Position numbers and translations under genes: made by a program
From: Betaproteobacteria bacterium
Lineage (GTDB): Bacteria; Pseudomonadota; Gammaproteobacteria; Burkholderiales; SHXO01
Reading direction: 5' to 3'
DNA length: 64,000 bases
NCBI GenBank assembly: GCA_025356655.1
Contig: JANXRW010000026.1
Span: 4,195 to 68,194 of the forward strand
Notes under the pieces: model-generated
What the model was told of the DNA's origin: nothing
The model's database searches: none
Seen by the model: only the letters and a program-made list of their open reading frames with translations
Part shown: positions 1 to 8,656 of the stretch, piece by piece
How the letters are laid out: each line of letters opens with the position of its first letter
How positions within the stretch are numbered: position 1 is the first letter of the stretch

Positions 1-3000
1 GCGTCCCGTCTCCCTGCGCGACACCAACAGCTATTCCGTGATCCTGGGTCTATTTCACAACGCCGGCTACGACCAGACGGTGACGATCGCCCAAGTGTTT
101 TGGATGAAGGAGCCGCTGGGGCAGCCAGCTCGATTTTTCGTGTGCGCGGAGCGCGAGCTCTCCATCACCAAGGATTTCTCCAGTTTTGGGACTGAGATCG
201 CCGCCCTGCGCAAGCGGCTGCGTGCTCGCGGTGCCGAGGTGGAGGACACCTTTCCCAAGTACGGTGCGTGGTTCCGGCGCCGCTTCGGCATCGACAACGA
301 CCAAGCGCTGGAACTGTTCCACCAGACCGTGTCCATGAAATCCATAGGCAACCTCACCGAGTTCGTCCGCAGCCACATGCTGGAAGCCTTCGACGTAGCC
401 CCGCGGATCGCTGCGCTCATCAGTCACTTCGATGACCTCAGCCGCGCCCATGGCGCTGTGGTCAAGGCCAAGCGGCAGGTGGACCTGCTGACCCCTCTGG
501 TCGCCGACTGCGAGCAGCACGGCGCATTGGTCGGCCAAGCCGAGGCGCTGCGGCGGTGCCGGGAAGGGCTGCGCGCGCACTTCGCGGCGCTCAAGCTGGC
601 CCTGCTGGACAAGCGCCTGACGAACTTGGGTGGGGTGTGGGTACGCCTGGACGCTCAGGCAGCTCGCCTCGACGCACGCCGGGCCGAGCAGCGGGTTCGC
701 GTCGATGAGATCCGGCGCGCCATCTCCGACAACGGCGGCGACCGCCTGGAGCGACTGGCGGTGGAGATCCGCCGGCTGGAACAGGAACGCGACCGGCGCC
801 GCCAGCGGGCGGACCGCTATGGCGAGCTGATCCTGCGCGTGGGCGAGGTACCGGTTTCGGATCAGGCCGCCTTCGCGCGGCAGCGTCAGAGCCTCGCGGA
901 GCGCGCTCAGGTGCTCGTGGAGGAATCCGTTGATTTGCAGAATCAGGAGCGCGAGCAGGATTTTTTAATGCGTAAGGGCCGCGACGAGCACGCCGCGCTG
1001 GCCTCGGAACTCACCAGCCTGCGGCGCCGCCGAAGCAACATCGACGAGACCCAGGTGCGCATCCGTTCGGCCCTGTGCGCGGCGCTCGGTGTGAGCGAGG
1101 AGCAGATGCCCTTTGCCGGCGAACTGGTCCAGGTGCGCGAGGACGAGCGCGACTGGGAAGGGGCGGCTGAGCGCCTGCTGCGCAACTTCGGCCTGTCCCT
1201 CCTGGTCCCCGATGCCTTGTACAAAGAGGTTGCCGACTGGGTCGACCGCAGCCCCTTGCGTGGGCGCCTGGTCTACTTCCACGTCCGCGCGCGCCGAGCG
1301 GCGGAATTACCCAGCCTGCATCGCGATTCGCTCGTGCGCAAGCTAGCAGTAAAGCCCGATTCGCCCTTCTATGACTGGCTGGAGCGCGAGCTTTCTCACC
1401 GCTTCGATGTCGCCTGCTGCCTGGCGCAGGAACAATTCCGACGCGAGACCCGTGCCATCACCCGTGCGGGGCAGATCAAGGACCCCTCTGGCAGGCACGA
1501 AAAAGATGACCGCCACGCCATCGATGACCGCGCCCGCTACGTGTTGGGCTGGACCAATTCGGCGAAGATCGCCGCCCTGGACGCGCGAAGCCAGCAGCTG
1601 CAGGGGCAACTCCAGGAAGTGGGCGAGCGCATCGTGCGCCTGCAGGCACGGCGCAAAGCGCTGGCGGACAGTCTTGACGCGCTCGCCCGCCTGCAGGAGT
1701 TCGGGGACTTCGAGGATCTGGACTGGGCCTCCCTGGCCACCGAGGTGGCGCAACGGGAGGACGAGCGCAGGGCCTTGGAGTCGGCCTCGGACGTCCTGAA
1801 ACAACTCAATGAGCGATTGGCTGAGGCGGCCCAGGCGCTTGCCGCCAACGAGGCGGACCTGGAGGTGGCGCGCGACCGTCGCTCCAAGATCGAGCAGCGC
1901 CGCAGCGACGCACAGGCGCTGCATCACGCCACCGCCCGGGAGTGCGAGGAGAGCAAACCGGACGCCGGTGTCTCCGAACGCCTGGCCGAACTGTGTGCGG
2001 AGACGCTAGCCAGGCAGCCCTTGACCGTCGAGTCCTGCGACAGTCGCCAGCAGGACGTCCGCGGGCTCTTGCAATCTCGCATCGAGGCCGAAGAGAGGAA
2101 GATCGCCCGCCTGCGCGACAAGATCGTGCAGGCCATGATGGCGTTTAAGGCGCAGTTCAAGCTGGAAACCTCGGAGTTCGATGCCAGTGTCGAGGCAGCG
2201 TTCGAGTATCGGGGGCTGCTGGACCAACTCCACAGTGATGACCTGCCGCGCTTCGAGGCGCGCTTCAAGGAACTGCTCAACGTCAACACCATCAACGAGA
2301 TCGCGAACTTCAACGCGCAACTCTCGCGCGAGCGCGAGACCATCAAGGAGCGCATCGGTCGGATCAACGAGTCGCTTACTCAGATCGACTACAACGCGGG
2401 ACGCTACATCGTGCTCGAGTTCCAACCCAGCCCGGATGCGGAGATCCGGGATTTCCAGGGAGAGTTGCGGGCCTGCACGGAGGGCGCGCTGACCGGATCC
2501 GAGGACTCTCAGTACTCAGAGGTGAAGTTCCTGCAGGTTAAAGCCATCATCGACCGCTTCCGCGGCCGCGAAGGGCTCTCCGAGCAGGACCAGCACTGGA
2601 CGAAGAAAGTGAGCGACGTGCGCAACTGGTTCCTGTTCGCCGCCAGCGAGCGTTGGCGGGCCGACGGTGTGGAGCACGAGCACTACTCGGACTCCGGGGG
2701 CAAATCCGGGGGGCAGAAGGAGAAGCTCGCCTACACCATTCTGGCCGCCAGCCTCGCCTACCAATTCGGCCTGGAGTGGGGTGCTGTGCGTTCGCGCTCC
2801 TTCCGCTTCGTCCTCATCGACGAGGCCTTCGGCCGCGGTTCGGACGAGTCCACGCAGTACGGGCTGAAGCTCTTCCGGCAATTGAACCTGCAGCTTTTGA
2901 TTGTCACCCCACTGCAGAAAATCCACGTCATCGAGCCGTTTGTGTCCAGCGTGGGTTTTGTGCACAACGAAGGCGGTCGGGCTTCCAAGCTGCGCAACCT

Positions 3001-3046
3001 GTCCATCGAGGAATACCGCGCACGTAAGGCGGAACTTGGCGCGTGA
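1..3046 (+). CDS. jetC: Wadjet JetC-like SMC-family ATPase, 5'-truncated by the window edge
   Basis: The frame is open from nt 2, with no stop before the listed GTG at 38. The product exceeds 1000 aa and has a long E/R/L/A/Q-rich coiled-coil middle. Near the C-terminus are the ABC/SMC signature-like 'SGGQKEKLAY' and the Walker B/D-loop 'FRFVLIDEAFGRGSDEST'. Walker A is expected upstream of the window. A GTGA overlap joins it to the JetD-like gene. Confidence 0.75.
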   Translation, partial: RPVSLRDTNSYSVILGLFHNAGYDQTVTIAQVFWMKEPLGQPARFFVCAERELSITKDFSSFGTEIAALRKRLRARGAEVEDTFPKYGAWFRRRFGIDNDQALELFHQTVSMKSIGNLTEFVRSHMLEAFDVAPRIAALISHFDDLSRAHGAVVKAKRQVDLLTPLVADCEQHGALVGQAEALRRCREGLRAHFAALKLALLDKRLTNLGGVWVRLDAQAARLDARRAEQRVRVDEIRRAISDNGGDRLERLAVEIRRLEQERDRRRQRADRYGELILRVGEVPVSDQAAFARQRQSLAERAQVLVEESVDLQNQEREQDFLMRKGRDEHAALASELTSLRRRRSNIDETQVRIRSALCAALGVSEEQMPFAGELVQVREDERDWEGAAERLLRNFGLSLLVPDALYKEVADWVDRSPLRGRLVYFHVRARRAAELPSLHRDSLVRKLAVKPDSPFYDWLERELSHRFDVACCLAQEQFRRETRAITRAGQIKDPSGRHEKDDRHAIDDRARYVLGWTNSAKIAALDARSQQLQGQLQEVGERIVRLQARRKALADSLDALARLQEFGDFEDLDWASLATEVAQREDERRALESASDVLKQLNERLAEAAQALAANEADLEVARDRRSKIEQRRSDAQALHHATARECEESKPDAGVSERLAELCAETLARQPLTVESCDSRQQDVRGLLQSRIEAEERKIARLRDKIVQAMMAFKAQFKLETSEFDASVEAAFEYRGLLDQLHSDDLPRFEARFKELLNVNTINEIANFNAQLSRERETIKERIGRINESLTQIDYNAGRYIVLEFQPSPDAEIRDFQGELRACTEGALTGSEDSQYSEVKFLQVKAIIDRFRGREGLSEQDQHWTKKVSDVRNWFLFAASERWRADGVEHEHYSDSGGKSGGQKEKLAYTILAASLAYQFGLEWGAVRSRSFRFVLIDEAFGRGSDESTQYGLKLFRQLNLQLLIVTPLQKIHVIEPFVSSVGFVHNEGGRASKLRNLSIEEYRARKAELGA

Positions 3047-4236
3047 ATTGGACCGGTCCCAGGGAAATCAAGGCGCAGCTCTCGCGCCTGTGGGAGCGCG
3101 GGGATCTGCTGCGGTCCGTCGACGACCCCGCGGCCGCGTTCCCCTTGCGCCTATCCCTGCGCGGGCCGGGCTCGAATGATCTCGCAGACCGATTCCAGGA
3201 AGTGCGAGCGTGGGTGGATCGGCTGGTCGCCACTCCCCGTGTGCGGCTCCAATGGCGTGAGGTGAACCACCGGGTTCAGGGGGCCCAGAGGCTGCCCGAG
3301 GCAGCTTGGATGGATAATCTGGACGACGCGCTGGCCCTGCTGGGGCGCCAGGCCGAGGCTCGCGGGTTCGAGAGCTTGGTCGCACTGACCCGGGCGCGCA
3401 ATCCCGCGCTATTGCCCTGGCTGCATAAGCGGCCGCTGCAGGGCTTGGTACTCCGTGAGTCCTGGTCACGCCTGCTGGACATCGTGGCCTGGGTCCAGGC
3501 CCATCCGCGCCCGGGCGTCTTCCTCCGCCAGGTGGATATCCCCGGGGTGCACAGCAAGTTCATCGAGGCGCATCGCGCCACGCTGGCCGAATTGCTGGAT
3601 CTGGTGCTTCACGAGGGCAGCACCGAGAGCGCGCAACGGGGTACGGCCCGCTTTGCCGCCCGTTATGGATTCCGGGACAAGCCCACGCGGATCCGGTTCC
3701 GCGTCCTCGACCCCACGCTTGCGCTCCTTCCGGGTGCGCCATCGCCGGACGTGACGCTGGACGAACTCAGTTTCTCGCGCCTGGAGCTTCAGGTCGAGCG
3801 GGTCTTCATCACGGAAAACGAGGTCAACTTCCTCGCCCTGCCGCCGGTGTCCGGAGCCATCGTGGTGTTTGGCGCAGGCTATGGCTGGGACGCCCTAGCC
3901 AGGGCGCAATGGTTGTCGCGCACCGAATTGCACTATTGGGGTGACATCGACACCCACGGATTCGCCATCCTTGACCAGTTGCGTCGGCGGTTTCCGCAGG
4001 TCGTGTCCTTCCTTATGGACCGGGACACTCTCTTTTCTCACGAGGCCCTCTGGGGTAGCGAGCCGGAGCAGGTGACTCACAACCTGGCCGGCCTGACCCC
4101 GGCCGAGGCGAACCTCTATGACGAGCTCCGGGATAATCGCATTCGGGCGAACCTCCGCCTGGAACAGGAGATGATCGGCTTCACTCGGGTGGCCGGCGCG
4201 CTGGACGAGATCGTCGCAGGGGCCTTCCGGGGCTAG
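3043..4236 (+). CDS. jetD: Wadjet JetD-like protein (DUF3322 N-terminal, DUF2220/Toprim-like C-terminal)
   Basis: GTG start overlaps the jetC stop (GTGA). The C-terminal Toprim-type motifs are 'VFITENEVNFLALP' and 'LHYWGDIDTHGFAILDQLRRRFP'. The size of 397 aa is typical of JetD. Confidence 0.8.
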   Translation: MNWTGPREIKAQLSRLWERGDLLRSVDDPAAAFPLRLSLRGPGSNDLADRFQEVRAWVDRLVATPRVRLQWREVNHRVQGAQRLPEAAWMDNLDDALALLGRQAEARGFESLVALTRARNPALLPWLHKRPLQGLVLRESWSRLLDIVAWVQAHPRPGVFLRQVDIPGVHSKFIEAHRATLAELLDLVLHEGSTESAQRGTARFAARYGFRDKPTRIRFRVLDPTLALLPGAPSPDVTLDELSFSRLELQVERVFITENEVNFLALPPVSGAIVVFGAGYGWDALARAQWLSRTELHYWGDIDTHGFAILDQLRRRFPQVVSFLMDRDTLFSHEALWGSEPEQVTHNLAGLTPAEANLYDELRDNRIRANLRLEQEMIGFTRVAGALDEIVAGAFRG

Positions 4237-4315
4237 TGCCCCCAAGTCTTGCTATCCTTGCGCCCCTGCGCCGTCCTGGAAACACGGAGCCGAACTTCCA
4301 ACATAACAACGGGAC

Positions 4316-4339
4316 CCGCCGAGACCCCTTCGGCGGTTT
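4316..4339 (+). terminator. putative intrinsic terminator after jetD
   Basis: The hairpin has a CCGCCGA / TCGGCGG stem of 7 bp and a 7-nt loop, followed by TTT. It lies about 80 nt after the jetD stop and before selD. Confidence 0.4.
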
Positions 4340-4366
4340 CCGGACCTGCGGCCGGAGCTAGGCATC

Positions 4367-5422
4367 ATGAGCGAACCCACCCCTGCGTTGCGACTGACTT
4401 CCCTAGCTCACGGGGGAGGCTGCGGTTGCAAGATCCCGCCGGGCATTCTCGCGGAGATTCTGCGCAAGGCGCCCGTACGCTTGCCTCCGGCCGCCCTGAT
4501 GGTGGGCACGGAGAACAACGAGGATGCGGCGGTCTATCGCTTGAACGACCAGCAGGCGCTTGTTGCGACCACGGATTTCTTCACGCCCATCGTGGACGAT
4601 CCCTATGCCTTCGGGCGCATCGCCGCCACCAATGCGATCTCGGATGTTTACGCCATGGGGGCGCAGCCGATTTTCGCGTTGGGCCTGCTGGGCATGCCGA
4701 TCGGCAAACTGCCGCTGGAAGTGATCCAGCGCATCACCGAGGGGGGCGAGTCGGTTTGCGCGGAGGCCGGGATTCCCGTGGCGGGTGGCCACTCAATCGA
4801 CACGGTAGAACCCATCTACGGTCTGGTGGTACTGGGCCTTGTTCACCCGGACAAGGTCAAGCGCAACAATTCAGCGCGCGCCGGCGACGTGCTGGTACTT
4901 GGCAAGCCCCTGGGCGTGGGGATCCTGAGCGCTGCATTGAAACAGGGGCGGCTGAGCGCCTCAGGCTACGAAGATATGCTGCGCTACACGACCCAGCTCA
5001 ATCGTCCGGGCATCGACTTTGCCGAGATGGAAGGGGTGCACGCGCTCACCGATGTCACCGGCTTCGGGCTGGCTGGGCACCTCCTGGAGCTTTGCCGAGG
5101 GGCTGGGCTCTGCGCCGAGGTCCGCTGGGACGATCTTCCCTTTATCCCCGAGGCGCTGCAACTGGTTCGCCAGGGTGTCTATACCGGCGCGTCCACGCGC
5201 AACTGGGCGGGCTACGGCGAGCAGGTGGCCCTGGCCGCGGGGATGCAAGAATGGCAGCGGCAGTTGCTCACTGATCCGCAAACCAGTGGCGGGCTGCTGG
5301 TCGCCTGCGCGCCCAACACCCTTCACCGGGTGCTCGATATCTTCGAGCGGCAAGGCTTTGGCGATGCCAGCGCTATTGGCGGCTTTGTCGAGGGCCCAGC
5401 GGGTATCCGCTTGATCGCCTGA
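4367..5422 (+). CDS. selD: selenide, water dikinase (selenophosphate synthetase), Cys-type
   Basis: ATG start. The N-terminal active-site loop is 'HGGGCGCKIPPG', with Cys and no in-frame TGA. PurM/AIR-synthase-like motifs present are 'EDAAVY' and 'TTDFFTPIVDDPYAFGRIAATNAISDVYAMG'. Confidence 0.9.
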   Translation: MSEPTPALRLTSLAHGGGCGCKIPPGILAEILRKAPVRLPPAALMVGTENNEDAAVYRLNDQQALVATTDFFTPIVDDPYAFGRIAATNAISDVYAMGAQPIFALGLLGMPIGKLPLEVIQRITEGGESVCAEAGIPVAGGHSIDTVEPIYGLVVLGLVHPDKVKRNNSARAGDVLVLGKPLGVGILSAALKQGRLSASGYEDMLRYTTQLNRPGIDFAEMEGVHALTDVTGFGLAGHLLELCRGAGLCAEVRWDDLPFIPEALQLVRQGVYTGASTRNWAGYGEQVALAAGMQEWQRQLLTDPQTSGGLLVACAPNTLHRVLDIFERQGFGDASAIGGFVEGPAGIRLIA

Positions 5423-5480
5423 GCTCATCCGCCGGCCAGGGGCTCCTCTTGCGTAACCGTTCAGCCAGCGGCGTTCTTGC

Positions 5481-5945
5481 TCAACGCTCCAGGGTATGCA
5501 GTACCGAGCGAAGCGGGTTGGCCGCACAGTGCTGCTTCCACAGTCGTGGGCTGAGCCCCGCGACCCGTGATGCGGGGTGATCTCCGGCCCGCTGCAGCAC
5601 GTCGACCAGGTAGGTGTAAGGATCGATGTCGTGCAGGCGGCAGGTCACCAGCAGGCTTTGCACGATCCCCACGTGTTTGGCGCCGAGTTCGGTCCAGGCG
5701 GATAGCCCACTTTTTGCGACCCATGGGTATCGCCCGCAAGGCGCGCGTGCTAGGTGGTTCGTGTCCACCGCAACGTCCGGGTCGGTGAGGAATACTTCCA
5801 GCACTGCACGCCGCGTACCGGCATAGGCCAGCGCCTGGGTCATCGGGTTGCTCGGCAGCAGTCCCTGGTCCTCGAACGGACGCTGCACCCGGGCGAAGAA
5901 CTCCTCCACGACCGGCTTCGCGTGCTTCGCGCCGGTGCTCGCGCT
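5481..5945 (-). pseudogene. IS66-family transposase C-terminal remnant (5'-truncated, frameshifted)
   Basis: 'AKPVVEEFFARV..LLPSNPMTQALAY' and 'LHDIDPYTYLVDVLQRAGDHPASRV' are in one frame. 'RALRAIPMGRKKW' is in another frame. Together they reconstruct the conserved IS66 Tnp C-terminus. The N-terminal two thirds of the transposase are absent. Confidence 0.7.
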
Positions 5946-5958
5946 TCTGCGCAGCCGC

Positions 5959-6333
5959 GAACACGAAGCCCTGGATGGTGGTGTTGCCCAGGGCGTCGGC
6001 GGTGGACTTCAGGTTGCTCTGGGCGTCGTAAGCGTAGCGCGTGATCTCCGAGCCCGGGACCACGGCGCCCACGTCCTGCGCCAACTGGTTCAGCCCATTG
6101 ACCACCCGCGTGTGCGACTGGCGCAAAACTCCGGACGGGTCGGTGACGCGCTCCTGGAGCCGGTTGCACATGGCGTCCAGGGTATCGGCGATGGTGTCGC
6201 CCACGGCATCCTGGATCTGCGTGAGCCAGTGTGCCGCGTCGTAGCTGTAGGAGAGATAGGAGCCGTCGGGAAACTGCACCTTGATCAACTGCCCCACGGC
6301 GTCGTAGTTGAATTGCGTGAGCTCCGTGCCCTC
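5959..6333 (-). pseudogene. RHS/YD-repeat core fragment without start or native stop
   Basis: YD-repeat signatures are present: 'LTQFNYDAVGQLIKVQFPDGSYLSYSYDAAHWLTQIQD' and 'ITRYAYDAQSNLKSTADALGNTT'. The piece is about 125 aa, embedded between the integrase and IS66 remnants. Confidence 0.65.
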
Positions 6334-6367
6334 GCTGCGGGAGCAAGTCGCCCCCGAGACGCCGACA

Positions 6368-6634
6368 CTCCTTGGCCGCCCGCTGCTCGGCGGAGGGGTT
6401 ACGCCCGTCGTCGATCGTCTGGCGGGCCTCAGCCGCGCGCCGCCTGGCCTCGGGTGCCCGGACGGCCGGGTACTTGCCCAAGGCCAACATCTACTCCCGG
6501 CCGTCGGAGCGACAGCGCAAACGCCAGAGCTTGCCGCCGGCCGCAGAGACCTCGAGGTGCAGGCCGGCGCCATCAGCAAGTCGGTACAGCTTGTCCCGCG
6601 CCTTGGTAGCCTGGATCTCCCGGTCGGTCAGCAT
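6368..6634 (-). pseudogene. tyrosine (P4-type) integrase N-terminal remnant with in-frame TAG
   Basis: Translation reads 'MLTDREIQATKARDKLYRLADGAGLHLEVSAAGGKLWRLRCRSDGRE*MLALGKYPAVRAPEARRRAAEARQTIDDGRNPSAEQRAAKE'. This matches the arm-binding N-terminal domain of tRNA-associated integrases. A TAG lies at 6491-6493 and the catalytic domain is missing. The remnant starts 126 nt from the tRNA-Thr 3' end. Confidence 0.7.
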
Positions 6635-6759
6635 GAGCGGCTACCCGTGTGGGTAGATGTTACGGGCCACTATGGGACGTTGTCGCACAGGAGAATCGCC
6701 TCAACGCCCTGATATTACGAGGCTTAGCGGACGTTATGGAGCATCTTTGGAAGGGGTGC

Positions 6760-6835
6760 TGGTGCCGGATAGAGGAATCGAACCCCCGACCTTCGCATTA
6801 CAAGTGCGCTGCTCTACCGACTGAGCTAATCCGGC
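6760..6835 (-). tRNA. tRNA-Thr (anticodon UGU)
   Basis: The 76-nt cloverleaf is GCCGGATTAGCTCAGTCGGTAGAGCAGCGCACTTGTAATGCGAAGGTCGGGGGTTCGATTCCTCTATCCGGCACCA. The acceptor stem is 7 bp, the anticodon loop is CT-TGT-AA, the T-loop is TTCGATT, and CCA is encoded. Confidence 0.93.
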
Positions 6836-6862
6836 AACGGGCGTCGGATGAAATCCGGCACC

Positions 6863-7255
6863 CTACTTCACGACCTGCAGCCGGGGCCGGCCTGGGGCAG
6901 GCGGCTCCGGCGGTGTTGGCTCGGTGGGCGTGACCTCACCATCCTGGGGACGGAAGGCGAGCCCCTGACCGTTCTCTTTGGCGAATACGCCCTCGACCGC
7001 AGTAATGGGAACGCTCACTTCCAGCGAACTGCCATTGAAGCGAGCCGAGAACTGGATGACGTCGTTTCCGATCTTCAGGTTGCGCGTGGCATCGGGGCTC
7101 AGGTTGAGCACGATCTCCCCATTGCGCACGTACTCAAGAGGAACCCTTGTGGAGTCGTCCACCCGGACCGCCATGTACGGGGTAAAGCCCTGGTCCACGC
7201 ACCACTCCCAGATCGCGCGAATGAGATAGGGGGTGGTGGTGGCGGCCGGCTTCAC
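6863..7255 (-). CDS. sspB: stringent starvation protein B (ClpXP adaptor)
   Basis: 'PYLIRAIWEWCVDQGFTPYMAV' is the conserved SspB N-terminal domain. The C-terminal tail is Pro-rich. The GTG start overlaps the sspA stop (GTGA). Confidence 0.88.
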   Translation of the reverse strand: MKPAATTTPYLIRAIWEWCVDQGFTPYMAVRVDDSTRVPLEYVRNGEIVLNLSPDATRNLKIGNDVIQFSARFNGSSLEVSVPITAVEGVFAKENGQGLAFRPQDGEVTPTEPTPPEPPAPGRPRLQVVK

Positions 7256-7851
7256 TTGCGCATCACCTTCTCGGAGGGCGTCAGTGCCTCGATGTAAGCG
7301 GGGCGGCTGAAGATCCGTTCAGCGTATTTCATCAGCGGTGCCGCGGGCTTGGGCAATTGGATACCGTAGTAGTCAAGGCGCCAGAGCAGCGGGGCAATAG
7401 CCACGTCGAGCATGGAGAATTCGTCGCCAAGCATGTACTTTTGCTTTACGAACACGGGCGCGATCTGGGTCAGACTATCGCGGATCGTATTACGCGCCTT
7501 CTCCACCGCCTTGGGCGCACCTTTTTCGATGACGTCGATATTGCTGAAGAGCTCCTGCTCAAAGCGAAACAAGAAAAGGCGCGCCCGAGCCCGCATAACT
7601 GGGTCTGCGGGCATCAGTTGGGGGTGCGGGAAGCGGTCGTCGATGTATTCATTGACAATATTGGATTCGTACAGAATCAGGTCGCGCTCCACGAGTACGG
7701 GAACCCGGTTGTACGGGTTCATCACCGCCAAGTCCTCCGGCTTGTTGTAGAGATCAACATCCACGATCTGGAAGTCCATGCCCTTCTCGTAGAGAACGAT
7801 CCGGCAACGCTGGCTGAACGGGCAGGTAGTGCCCGAGTACAAAGTCATCAT
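7252..7851 (-). CDS. sspA: stringent starvation protein A (GST-like)
   Basis: The start is taken at 'MMTLYSGTTCPFSQRCRIVLYEKG', codon 48 of the listed ORF. The fold is GST-like and synteny with sspB is conserved. Confidence 0.9.
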   Translation of the reverse strand: MMTLYSGTTCPFSQRCRIVLYEKGMDFQIVDVDLYNKPEDLAVMNPYNRVPVLVERDLILYESNIVNEYIDDRFPHPQLMPADPVMRARARLFLFRFEQELFSNIDVIEKGAPKAVEKARNTIRDSLTQIAPVFVKQKYMLGDEFSMLDVAIAPLLWRLDYYGIQLPKPAAPLMKYAERIFSRPAYIEALTPSEKVMRK

Positions 7852-7876
7852 CGTGCTGTTTCCTCGCAGTTGCCGC

Positions 7877-8617
7877 TCAGTGAATGTCTTTCCAGAATTC
7901 CTTCTTGAGGCTGTAGACCAGCACGAATAGCCCCCCCAGGAAGATAAGCACAAGGCAACCCGTCTGATAGCGCTGCGTGAGGAAGGGCTCACTCATATAG
8001 ACCAAGTAGTTCACCAGATCCCCCACCATCGCGTCGTACTCAACGGGCGACAGGGTTCCCGGCTTGTTCAGGACTAGGTGGGACTCAGCGTGGTGCGCCT
8101 CGCCGCCCTCCTCGCCCTTGGCCGCCGCCTCGGTCTTGAGCGTCTGTTCGCCCTGCAGCCGATAGAGCACGTGCGGCATGGCGACCATGGGGAACACTAG
8201 GTTGTTCCAGCCGGTGAGGGTCTTCTCGTCCCGGTAGTAGGTCCGCAGGTAGGTGTAGAGCCAGTCCGCGCCACGGGAACGTGCAATCACGGACAGGTCC
8301 GGCGGTGCATTGCCGAACCACTCCCGGCCGTCCGCCTTGCGCATGGCCACGGTCATGGTATCGCCCACCTTGTCGGTGGTGAACAGCAGATTCTCGCGGA
8401 TCTGCTTCTCGGTCAAGCCGAGATCCTGCAGGCGGTTGAACCGCATGGACTGGGCGCCGTGGCAATTCAGGCAGTAGTTGACGAAGGCCCGGGCGCCGCG
8501 CTGGAGCGAGGCGCTGTCGTGCACATCACCGGGAGCGCGATCGAGTTTCACCGTCTCCGATGCGTTCGCCCCGAGGCAGAGCGTCGCGGCAAGCAGGAAC
8601 AGGAGGATCTGTTTCAT
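7877..8617 (-). CDS. petC: cytochrome c1 of the bc1 complex
   Basis: It has a signal peptide, the heme motif 'CLNCHG' and a C-terminal TM anchor. It lies downstream of cytochrome b. Confidence 0.9.
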   Translation of the reverse strand: MKQILLFLLAATLCLGANASETVKLDRAPGDVHDSASLQRGARAFVNYCLNCHGAQSMRFNRLQDLGLTEKQIRENLLFTTDKVGDTMTVAMRKADGREWFGNAPPDLSVIARSRGADWLYTYLRTYYRDEKTLTGWNNLVFPMVAMPHVLYRLQGEQTLKTEAAAKGEEGGEAHHAESHLVLNKPGTLSPVEYDAMVGDLVNYLVYMSEPFLTQRYQTGCLVLIFLGGLFVLVYSLKKEFWKDIH

Positions 8618-8656
8618 CGTTGGGATCCTAGCAGTCTCGAGTGTGGTGTTGGCAAT

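Noticed and set aside
4286-4299. GGAGCCGAACTTCC resembles the tRNA-Thr T-arm segment GGAATCGAACCCCC and could be a degenerate att repeat bounding the island
   Set aside because: The match is only 10 of 14 positions and is too short. It is not statistically convincing without a search, so the island's left boundary remains undefined.
4249-5274. 341-aa ORF in an alternative plus-strand frame overlapping selD
   Set aside because: It is out of frame with a clearly conserved selD. The translation is Arg/Gly/Ala-rich junk, and the real selD ATG at 4367 has the conserved N-terminus.
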